A DNA stretch of 64,000 nt. Source: Squalus acanthias (Eukaryota). The position numbers and the translations under genes were made by a program. Under the pieces are notes generated by a model. It had not been told where the DNA came from. It worked only from the letters and a program-made list of their open reading frames with translations, and made no database searches. The stretch is taken from contig CM059431.1 of assembly GCA_030390025.1 (NCBI GenBank), forward strand, positions 135,844,001 to 135,908,000, in the 5' to 3' direction. This document shows, one piece after another, positions 50,370-61,255 of the stretch (position 1 is its first letter; each line of letters begins with the position of its first letter).

Positions 50370-50995
50370 TGTTGTGGAAAGAAACCACTCGGAGTCACGG
50401 GTAGGCTGCGATATGAGAGAAACATTATTACAAACTTGCAGGGGAGAGCCTTCAGTGTACCGTAGTCTCTCAAATTTACAATGGTCGTGGCAGTTTATTT
50501 ATACATAATCAACCATTAATTACTGGTTACGTAGGTTTTGGCAGGTGCTTCCCGCTATCTCAACTGTCCCAGACCCAAGGTCCTTACTTCTGCCTTTCTG
50601 CAGTTTTGTTTATCTTCTCCGGCCTCCAGTTACCATTATCTTTGTTCATTGTTCCTGATTCAAGGTTTCGTGGAGAAACTTTATTACAACTACTGCTACT
50701 GTTAAATGCTGACACTACGGGCTGGATTTTGATACTGGGGCGGGTTGGGGGCGGGTTGGGGTCTTGTCCTCCGCATTTCGTGTTATCCACCCGACTGCAA
50801 TTGGATGTGGGAGATTGATGCAATTTTCACCTAATTGGGCAATTGAGTTCCAGCATGTGGGAACCCATGAACTAATTAGTGTTTTGAGTCTGAAAGTCAC
50901 CTCTGATGATGTCATCATTGCTGCTGCATTGAAGGTCTTCAGAGACTGCCTGGCCTTTGATGTGAGTGGACCTGAATGCAAAATGAGCAGCAGCT

Positions 50996-51034
<39 letters not shown>

Positions 51035-51570
51035 TTTTTTCCATCCAGGTCCTCTCACAGCAAAGGCCAGGCAATCTCTGAAGACATTCAATACAGCAGC
51101 TGAGGCGACTTTCAGACCTAATACGACTACTACCTTCATCACATCTCCGTTGTAATAGTGGACCTGCAGCTGATAGTCAGCTATCCACTTGTGCTCCCGC
51201 CAGGTTTCACTGGCGTGTTTCACATCAGGCGTGCTTCACATGGGAAAAGGGTTAAACTAGCTAAAACGTTTCAAAATGGCATTACAGAGCCAATTTAGGG
51301 CTTGTTAAGGGCTTTAATGGCCTCTCCCGCCTCTTGGAGGCGGGACGGAGTCGGGAACACCACACACGATTTTATCAAAATTGTGTGGAGGCGGAATGGA
51401 GGCGGGATCAGGTCCGCCCGCCACTTTTCACAATTTTAACCCCCCACACGCCTCCAAACCCGCCTCCACGGGTCAATGAAAATCCAGCCCTACGCTTTGA
51501 TCTGGTTTTGGTCAAGCTTCCCATCATGCCTTGCAGTTACAGTAACATTTTAACAGCATGGCTTCTAACG
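50370..51570 (-). mobile_element. Probable solo LTR split by a Harbinger MITE
   Basis: TGTT start; other end CTAACG (decayed AACA); flanks TAAC/CAAC; minus-strand TATAAATAAA near 50485-50494. Confidence 0.45.
50719..51490. mobile_element. Non-autonomous Harbinger MITE with a long internal hairpin
   Basis: Perfect TIRs GGGCTGGATTTT/AAAATCCAGCCC and perfect TSD TAC. Confidence 0.92.
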
Positions 51571-51585
51571 CAACTATAATATACA

Positions 51586-52270
51586 TGTAGCAAAATACTG
51601 CAGATGCTGGAAATCCGAAATAACAACAGAAAACGCTGGAAAAACTCAGCAGGCGAGGCAGCATCCGTGGAGAGAGAAACAGAGTTAACGTTTCAGGTCG
51701 ATGACCTTTCGTCAGAACTGGAAACAGCCGGAAATCAAATAGATTTAAGGTTAGGATAAAGCTGGGAAAAGGGGGAGGGGATGAAAGAACAAAAGGAGAG
51801 ATTAAGAGACATTACGAGACATTAAGAGATATTCAAGTCAAGAGGTGGTGTTAATGTGACAGGTTAAGGCTGAAAGAAGTGTGAAATCCACTGGCAGAAT
51901 GAAGGACAGCTGCCAGCTTCTAGGAGGGGAAAAAAAAGGAGGGGGGGGCCAAATAAAAGGGTGGATGAAAAAATAAAATATAAATGTGATTGGGGCTAAG
52001 GTTATGATCTAAAATTGTTGAACTCGATATTGAGTCCAGAGGGCTGTAGCGTGCCTAAACAAAAGATGAGGTGCTGTTCCTCGAGCTTACGCTGCGCTTC
52101 CGTGGAACAGTGTAATAGGCCGAGGACGGTGAGGTCAGAGTGGGAGTGAAGCGGTGAATTAAAGTGACAGGTGACCGGGAGCTCGGGGTCCCCCTTACGG
52201 ACTGAACGGAGGTGTTCCGCAAAGCGGTCACCCTTTGCGGAACACCTCCGTTCAGTCCGTAAGGGGGACC
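51586..52270 (-). mobile_element. Penelope-like element 3' end with terminal fold-back
   Basis: GIY-YIG C-terminus at about 52003-52233 homologous to 20453-20690; pLTR homologous to 17481-17860. Confidence 0.9.
51683..51719 (-). ncRNA. Minimal type I hammerhead ribozyme, intact motif
   Basis: AGTT-CTGACGA-A-AGGTC(ATC)GACCT-GAAACGTT-AACT: stems I and II pair, and stem III is the palindrome AACGTT. Confidence 0.78.
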
Positions 52271-52421
52271 TCGGTTTAACGTCTCATCCGAAAGACAGCA
52301 CCTCAGACAGTGCAGCACTCCCTCAGCACTGCACTGGAGTGTCAGCCTAGATTTATGTGCTCAAGTCCCTGCAGTGGGACATGAACCCACAACCTTCTGA
52401 CTCAGAGGCGAGTGTGCTACC
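52271..52421 (-). mobile_element. Deu-domain SINE 5' part
   Basis: Matches 38050-38197 and 54130-54520. Confidence 0.8.
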
Positions 52422-52493
52422 CAAGAGAGCAAAAGATTACCAGCTTGAATGTGGGAAGTTGGATGGGATACAATGGATCACCTACCCCTTATA

Positions 52494-52810
52494 CAGAATC
52501 ACAGAATCCCCACAGTGCAGATAGAGGCCATTTCGGCCCATCGAGCCTGCACCGACACATAGCCCACCCTATCCCCGTAACCCCACGTATTTAATCCCCC
52601 TAACACTAAGGGTCAATTTATCATAGCCAAATCAACCTAACCCGCACATCTTTTGGACTGTGGGAGGAAACCGGAGCACCCGGAGGAAACCCACGCAGAC
52701 ACGGGGAGAATGTGCAAACTCCACACAGACAGTCACCCGGGGCCGGATTCGAACCCGGGTCCCTGGCGCTGTGAGGCAACAGAGCTAACCACTATGCCAC
52801 CGTGTTGCCC
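52494..52810 (-). mobile_element. HE1-type V-SINE, full length
   Basis: Near-identical reverse complement of 6191-6505. Confidence 0.92.
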
Positions 52811-52855
52811 AAAATTACACCCCACTTGATTTTCCTTTCCAAATTCAAAGTCTTC

Positions 52856-53699
52856 GGGCTGGATTTTGAATGACCCGTGGAGTCGGGTTTGGAGTCGGGG
52901 GGGGGGTTAAAGTTGCAGATTCGGGGGTCCCGACCCCATCCCGACTCCAACCCGCCTCCATGCCAGTTTCTCTGGCGGCGGGTACCCGACCTGGTCTGAG
53001 ACCCGACTCCCTGAGGCGGGAAGGGATTACTGACAATTAACTGCCTGTTAACAGGTAGTTAACAGGCAGTTTTTGGCATAATCCCTATTTTCAAAGGAAA
53101 AGTGTGGGCTTCCCGACAGGTGGCAAACACTCCAAGTTATCGGGTCGGGCCGTGGGTCTGCAGGGGTTGGAGGGATTGATATCTCCGGTGGGCAGGTGAG
53201 TGATGGGTGCATGTGTGCAGAGGTAAGTGTGTAAGGTAAGTGCTAAGTGTTGGAAAAAGTTTTACTTACCTTAACTTCCTCCTGCAGGTGTCAGCCCTTC
53301 AGTTCTCGAGAGTTAGAAATCTCACCGGCACAGAAAGCAGGAAAGCCGTGGACCTGTCAAAAACAGTAGCCTTCTGATTTCTGTGGGGGAATGATTTCTA
53401 ACTCAGTCTGAAAGGAAGGACTGAAGTTAGAAATCATATTGTGAGTGTTTGACAGCTTCACAGAGCTGTCAAATGCTGATATTTCATCTGTCAAAAGCTC
53501 TTGACAGATGAAATGTCAGTCTGTGACGTCACCTGTTGCCGGGTGGCCCTTAATTGGCCTGCTGAGCCCACTGGGCGGGCTCAACAAGGTCAATCAAGGG
53601 AAAATACAGTGGGTTGGCCACATCTCGATGGAGGCGGGTTCACAAGCCAGAATGTGTGATTCCCGACCTCAACACGACTCCAACTTCAAAATCCAGCCC
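52856..53699. mobile_element. Non-autonomous Harbinger MITE (hairpin family)
   Basis: TIRs GGGCTGGATTTTGAA/TTCAAAATCCAGCCC and perfect TSD TTC. Confidence 0.93.
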
Positions 53700-53842
53700 T
53701 TCGTCTTGCACCCCCACTGAAGTTTAATTTTAGCCCGAGTCTCAAACAGTTCTACCCAATAAATTCATGCTTTTGAAGCACATTTTTGCCTGCATGATAG
53801 AAATGAACATGAAGCAAATTGGGTTACAATGTTAGTGAGTTA

Positions 53843-54525
53843 AAGGAAAGAACTTACATTTAAATAGTGCCTTTCACAACCTCAGGATGCCCAAAAGCAG
53901 TTTCCAGCCAATTAATTACTTTTGTAGTGTAGTCACTGTTGTAGTGTAGGAAACACGGAAACCAGTATGCGCACGGCATAGTCCCACAAACAGCAATGAG
54001 ATAATGATCAGATAATTAGTTTAGGTGTTGGTTGAGGGATAAATATTGGTCAGGCAACCAGGGAAACTACCCTGCTTTTCTTTGAATAGTGCTTTGGGAT
54101 ATTTTACGTCCACCTGAGAGGGCAGACTTGGTTTCATGTCTTATCTGAAAGACAACACCTCCGACAGTGCAACACTCCCTCAGTACTGCACTGAAGTGTC
54201 AACCTGGATTATATGCTCAGGTCTCTGGCGTGCAGCTTGAACCCACAAACCCACCCAGAGGGTTGTGGGGGTCTGGAACCCACTGCCTGAAAGGGTGGTA
54301 GAGGCAGGAACCCTAACCACATTTAAAAAGTACTTGGATGTGCACTTGGGATGCTCTAACCTGCAGGGCTATGGACCAAGAGCTGGGAAGTGGGATTAGG
54401 CTGGATAGCTCTTTGTTGGCCGGTGCGGACACGATGGGCCGAAATGGCCTCCTTCCGTGCTGTAACTTTCTATGATTCTATGAACCTTCTGACTCGGAGG
54501 TGAGAGTGCTACCAATTCAGCCATG
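53843..54525 (-). mobile_element. Deu-domain SINE with a CR1 3' end inserted at about 54252-54482 (+)
   Basis: SINE homologous to 37757-38197; AACC is duplicated around the CR1 tail. Confidence 0.85.
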
Positions 54526-55440
54526 AGATTCAGAGAATGTGAGGGCATCACAGGCAGCTGATGTCAGAGCACCAACATATTTGGAAATTGGTAGCTTTAA
54601 CGCCAGCTAGTTTTTGTCCCTCTGACTGAATGATGTTAGCCTGCTCTAGTTTCTTTCAGTAAGCAGAGACCCTTAATGCTGGGGCAAGCTATTAATCACA
54701 GGTCAGGAGATCACCATTGTGGAAGAAGCCAGGGTGTTAACAGCAGGTGCAAAATGTGATTTTCTACCATAATTAAGTGTTGCAGGAACAAAGAAATGCA
54801 ATTATAGAGTTCTGCTGTAGAAAATGATGCCAATGATTTGATGAAATTAAGATACAACTCAGTTTTGAAAGAATTTCAGAGAATTCCCTGTGGTAGGGTT
54901 ATACGCGTGTATGACTTTAAATAGTGTGTAAAATAATTGGAGGTTTCCTTTTTCCTTTAAATTTTTGCATACAGAATGCAGATAACAATCACTCAGTGCA
55001 AATAAGATTTTAAAGAAAATCACACTCAACTAAAATTGCTCATATAAGTGTTTTGCTCTTTTGGACCTTTTTACTTCTTGATCCAAGAATTGTTACACCC
55101 ATGCAGAGCCAAAGTGAGTAGCTGCAAGAGAAAATTGCCTTTAAGTAACTTGTTCTCAAATCGAATCATTGCGCATTTCAAATGGTTAATGAAATGACAG
55201 CATACTAAGTTCCATTGTTTATTTTCTCATCGACTCATCATCCCAAATATTACAAAACTTCATTGAGGTTTTTTTTTAATATACCACTTTCCTGCTTTTC
55301 TTTTAAGAATAATGGAGCATCATTAAATACTTCCAATACAATGCCCCACTACTAAATCCTCCAACTTAATTTTAATGAGTAGCCTCAAGCAATCTTTGCA
55401 AAATATGAAGCTGATTTTCCAGTGTAGGTGTATTAGATTA

Positions 55441-55606
55441 CCTGGGCGCAGTGAGCAGAGGGAAATTGGGCAGGAATGATTGCATGCCCATAAGGGATTC
55501 TGCCTAACCTTCCACCCATTTTAATTAATGGACAGGAAATCAGGCAAGCTCCCTTACAGGCATGTGATGCTCTCTGCCCATTTTTCCTCTATGGACTTTG
55601 CCCAGG
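55441..55606. repeat. Old palindromic MITE (fold-back)
   Basis: CCTGGGC...GCCCAGG, AGAGGGAAAT/TTTTCCTCT, CATGCC/GGCATG and TAAGGGA/TCCCTTA arms around CCATTTTAATTAATGG. Confidence 0.7.
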
Positions 55607-55761
55607 GGATCCAGGTTCAGGAACAGAAAAATATACCCCAATATTTTTTAATTCATAGCATGATGAAAACCTGAAGATCTATTTGAATATACACAATAGA
55701 AATCTATAAATAGCAGGGGAAAGGTTAAAGATTGTGAGGCTTACATCTTCTTGAGTGATTC

Positions 55762-58700
55762 TGCAACATTCTGAAGGGGGAGGGCGAACAGTCAGAGGTC
55801 GTGGTTCACATTGGTACCAACGACATAGGTAGAAAGAGGGATGAGGTCCTGCAACAAGAATTCAGGGAGCTAGGTAGCAGATTAAAAAGCAGGACCTCAA
55901 AGGTTGTAATCTCTGAATTACTCCCGGTGCCAAGTGCTAGTGAGTATAGAAATAGGAGGATAGAGCAGATGAATGCGTGGCTAAAGAGTTGGTGCAGGAG
56001 GGAGGGCTTCAGTTTCCTGGATCACTGGGTCTGTTTCTGGGGAAGGTGGGACCTGTACAAGTCGGACAGGTTGCACCTGAACCGGAAAGGGATAAACATT
56101 GCTGTGGGGAGGTTTGCTAGTACTGTTGGGGGGGGTTCAAACTAACTTGGCAGGGGATGGGATATGGAGAGGAGCTATAGTAGGGGGTGATGCACAGCCA
56201 AATATAGAGGAAAAAACAAGTCAGCCTGGAAGGCAGAGCAAATATGTAACGGCACAAGGGAGTATGGCAAGGCTGGATGGCATTTATTTTAATGCAAGGA
56301 GTCTTGCGAGTAAGGCAGATGATTTTTTTTTATTCGTTTATGGGATCAGGGCGTCGCTGGCAATGCCAGCCTTTATTGCCCATCCCTAGTTGCCCTTGAG
56401 AAGGTGGTGGTGAGCCGCCTTGAACTGTTGCAGTCCGTGTGGTGAAGGTACTCCCACAGTGCTGTTAGGTAGGGAGTTCCAGGATTTTGACCCAGCGACG
56501 ATGAAGGATCGGCGATATACTTCTAAGTCAGGATGGTGTGTGACTTGGAGGGGAACTTGCAGATAGTGGTGTTCCCATGCGCCTGCTGCCCTTGTCCTTC
56601 TAGGTGGAAGAGGTCGTGGGTTTGGGAGGTGCTGTCGGAGAAGCCTTGGCGAGTTGCTGCAGTGCATCTTGTAGATGGTACACACTGCAGCCACGGTACG
56701 CTGGTGATGGAGGGAGTGAATGTTTAAGGTGGTGGATGGGGTGCCAATCAAGCGGGCTGCTTTGTCCTGGATGATGTCGAGCTTCCTGAGTGTTGTTGGA
56801 GCTACACTTATCCAAGCAAGTGGAGAGTATTCCATCACACTCCTTACTTGTGCCTTGTAGATGGTTTTAAAGGCTTTGGGGAGTCAGGAGGTGAGACACT
56901 GGCCGCAGAATACCTAGCCTCTGACCTGCTCTTGTTGCCACAGTATTTATGTGGCTGGTCCAGTTAAGTTTCTGGTTAATGGTGACCCCCAGGATGTTGA
57001 TAGTGGGGGATTCGGTGATGGTAATGCCATTGAATGTCAAGGGGACTCTCGCTTGTTGGAGATAGTCATTGCCTGGCACTCCTGTGGCGCAAATGTTACC
57101 TGCCACTTATCAGCCCAAGCCTGAACGTCGTCCAGGTCTTGTTGCATGTGGGCATGGACTGCTTCATTATCTATGGAGCTGCGAATGGCACTGAACACTG
57201 TGCAGTCATCAGCGAACATTCCCATTTCTGACCTTATGTTGGAGGGAAGGTCATTGATGAAGCAACTGAAGATGATTGGGCCTAGGACACTGATCTGAGG
57301 AACTCCTGCAGCAATGTCCTGGGGCTGTGATGATTGACCTTCAACCACCACAACCATCTTCCTTTGTGCTAGGTATGACTTCAGCCAGTGGAGCATTTTC
57401 CCCCTGATTCCCATTGACTTCAGTTTTACTAAGGCTCCTTGATGCCAGACTCGGTCAAATGCTGCCTTGATGTCAAGGGCAGTCACTCTCACCTCACCTC
57501 TGGAATCCAGCTCCTTTGTCCATGTTTGGACCAAGGCTGTAATGAGGTCGGGAGCCAAGTGGTCTTGGCGGAACCCTAACTGGGCATCAGTGAGTAGGTT
57601 ATTGGTGAGTAAGTGTCGCTTGATAGCACTGTCGATGACACCTTCCATCACTTTGCTGATGATTGAGAGTAGACTGATGGGGCAGTAATTGGCCGGGTTG
57701 GATTTGTCCTGCTTTTTGTGGACAGGACATACCTGAGCAGTTTTCCACATTGTCGGACAGATGCCAGTGTTTTAGCTGTACTGGAACAGCTTGGCTAGTT
57801 CTGGAGCACAAGTTTCAGCATGATAGCCGGGATGTTGTCGGGGCCCACAGCCTTTGCTGTATCCAGTGCGCTCAGCCGTTTCTTGATATCACGTGGGTGT
57901 GAATCGAATTGGCTGAAGACTGGCTTCTGTGATGGTGGGGACCTCAGGAGTAGGCCGCTATGAATCATCCACTCAGCACTTCTGGCTGAAGTTGGTTGCA
58001 AACGCTTCAGCCTTGTCTTTTGCACTCACGTGCTGGGCTCCACCATCATTGAGGATGGGGATATTCTTGGAGCCTCCTCCTCCCGTTAGTTCTTTAATGG
58101 TCCACCACCATTCACGACTGGATGTGGCAGGACTGTAGAGTTTTGATCTGATCTGTTGATTGAGGGATCGCTTAGCCCTGTCTATAGCATGCTTCTTCTG
58201 CTGTTTATCATGCATGTAGTCCTGTGTTGCAGCTTCCCCAGGTTGGCACCTCCTTTTTAGGTACGCTTGGTGCTGCTCCGGGCATGCTCTTCTACACTCG
58301 TTGTTGAACCAGGGTTGGTCCCCTGGCTTGGTGGTAATGGTAGAGTGAGGGATATGCCGGGCCATGAGGTTACAGATTGTGGTGGAATATAATTCTGCTG
58401 CTGCTGATGGCCCACAGCGCCTCATGGATGCCCAGTTTTGAGCTGCTACATCTGTGTTGATGAACACATGGGAGTATGATATTGTTGCTATCACAGAGAC
58501 ATGGTTGAGGGAGGGGCAGGACTGGCAGCTCAATATTCCGGGGTATAGAATCTTCAGACGAGACAGAGGGGGGTGTAAATGAGGAGGGGGTGTCACAATG
58601 TTAATCAAGGAGTCAATTACTGCAGTAAGGAGGGATGATATCTTAGCAGGTTTCTCTAATGAGGCCATATGGGTAGAACTTAAAAACGAAAAGGGGGCAA

Positions 58701-61255
58701 GCACTTTGCTGGGAGTGTAGTATAGGCTCCCAAACAGTCAGGGGGAGATAGAGGAACAGATATGTAGGCAAATCTCAGAGAAGTGTAGAAATAATAGGGT
58801 AATAATAGTAGGGGATTTCAACTTCCCCAATATTAACTGGGATAGTCAGAGTGTGAAAGGCCTAGAGGGTGCGGAATTCTTAAAGTGCATCCAGGAGAGC
58901 TTTTTGAGCCAGCATGTAGAAAGTCCTACAAGAGAGGGGGCGGTACTGGACCTAATTCTAGGGAATGTAGCCGGGCAAGTGGTAGAAGTGTCAGTAGGAG
59001 AGCATTTTGGTGACAGTGACCATAATTCGGTGAGATTTAAGGTAGTCATGGAAAAGGACAAAGATGGACCGGAAATAAAGGTTCTAAATTGGGGGAAGGC
59101 CGATTTTAATATGATAAGGCAGGATCTGGCCTAAGTGGACTGAACTCAGCTACTTGTAGGAAAATCCACATCAGGGCAGTGGGAGTCATTCAGAAAGGAA
59201 ATAGAGAGGGTACAGCGCCAACATGTTCCCGTAAAGGTCAAAGGGTGGGACCAACAAGCCCAGGGAACCCTGGATGTCAAGGGATATACAAGAATGGATT
59301 AGGAAAAAAAGGGATGCTTTTGGCAGATACAAAGGACTAAAAACAGTGGAAGCCCTAGAGGAGTATAGAAAGTGCAGGGGGGTATTAAAAAAGAAATTAG
59401 AAGAGCGAAGAGGGGGCAAGAAAAAACACTGTTGTGCAAAATAAAGGAAAATCCCAAGGTGTTTTATAAGTATATTAAGTGCAAGAAGATAAGCAGGGAA
59501 AGAGTAGGGCCCATGAGGGACCAAAGTGGCAATCTGTGTGTAGAGCTGGAAGATGTAGGTGAGGTTTTAAATGAATATTTTGTTCACTATGGAGAAGGAT
59601 GATGTAGGCATAGAAATCAGGCAGGGGGATTGTGATATACTTGAACAAATTAGCATTGAGAGGGAGGAAGTACTAGCGGTTTTACCGGGCTTAAAAGTGG
59701 ATAAATCCCCAGGCCCAGACGAGATGTATCCCAGGCTGCTGTGTGAGGCAAGGGAGGAGATTGCAGGGGCTCTGACACAAATTTTCAGAACCTCTCTGGC
59801 CACAGGGGAGGTACCAGAGGACTGGAGGACAGCTAATGTAGTACCATTATTCAAGAAGGGTAATAGGGATAAACCAGGGAATTACAGGCCAGTGGGCCTA
59901 ACATCAGTGGTAGGGAAATTATTGGAAAAAATTCTGAGGGACAGAATTAGTCTCCACTTGGAGAGGCAAGGATTAATCAAGGATAGTCAGCATGGCTTTG
60001 TCAGGGGGAGATCATGTCTAACCAATTTGATTGAATTTTTCGAGGGGGTGACTAGGTGTGTGGATAAGGGTAGTGCAGTTGATGTAGTCTACATGGACTT
60101 CAGTAAGCCTTTTGACAAAGTCCCGCATGGGAGACTGGTCAAGAAGGTAAGATCCCATGGGATCCAGGGCAATTTGTCACATTGGATCCAAAATTGGCTT
60201 AGTGGCAGGAGGCAGAGGGTGATAGTCGAAGGTTGATTTTGTGACTGGAAGCCTGTGCCCAGTGGTGTACCACAGGGATCGGTGCTGGGTCCTTTGCTGT
60301 TTGTAGTGTACAATAATGATATAGATATGAATGTAGGAGGTATGATCAGTAAGTTTGCAGATGACATGAAAATTGGTGGAGTGGTAAATAGCGAGGAGGG
60401 AAGCCTCAGGCTACAGGACGATATAGACGGGTTGGTCAGATGGGCACAACAGTGGCAAATGGAATTTAACCCTGAAAAGTGTGAGGTGATGCATTTTGGG
60501 AGGACTAACAAGGCAAGGGAATACACAATGAATGGTAGGACCCTCGGAAGGACAGAGGATCAGAGGGACCTTGGTGTGCATGTACATAGATCCCTGAAGG
60601 CAGCAGGACAGGTAGATAAGGTGGTTAAGAAGGCATATGGGATACTTGCCTTCATTAGCCGAGGCATAGAATATAAGAGCAGGGATGTTATGATGGAGCT
60701 GTACAAAACATTAGTTAGGCCACAGCTGGAATACTGTGTGCAGTTCTGGTCGCCACACTATAGGAAGAATGTGATTGCATTGGAGAGGGTGCAGAGGAGA
60801 TTCACCAGGATGTTACCTGGGCTGGAGCGTTTCAGCTATGAAGAGAGACTGGACAGGCTGGGGTTGTTTTCCTTAGAGCAGAGAAGGCTGAGGGGAGACC
60901 TGATTGAGGTGTACAAAATTATGAGGGGCATAGATAGGGTAGATAGAAAGGAACTTTTCCCCTTAGTAGAGGGGTCAATAACCAGGGGGCATAGTTTCAA
61001 GATAAGGGGCAGGAGGTTTAGAGGGGATTTGAGGAAAAACTTTTTCACCCAGAGGGTGGTTGGAATCCGGAACTCACTGCCTGAAAGGGTGGTAGAGGCA
61101 GGAACCCTCACAACATTCAAGAAGCATTTAGATGAGCACTTGAAATACCATAGCATACAAGGCTACGGACCAAGTGCTGGAAAATGGGATTAGAATAGAT
61201 AGGGCTTGATGGCCGGCGCAGACACGATGTGCTGTATAACTCGATGACTCTATGA
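55762..61255 (+). mobile_element. Long CR1 LINE (ORF1 esterase C-terminal half and ORF2), interrupted at 56323-58455
   Basis: VHIGTNDIGR and DRLHLNRKG (SGNH); FNARSL, AITETWL, SDHNSV; RT at 59571-61193 broken by one in-frame TGA at 60234-60236. Confidence 0.93.
56323..58455 (-). mobile_element. Second LINE family (CR1/Jockey-group), 5'-truncated
   Basis: NYCPISLLS, ALDIKAAFDRVWH, AGVPQISVLGP, FADDCT; poly(A) tail. Confidence 0.9.

Noticed and set aside
59571..61193. Active CR1 with stop-codon read-through at 60234
   Set aside because: TGA replaces a Cys codon by point mutation; upstream ORF2 has other stops, frameshifts and a 2.1-kb insertion.
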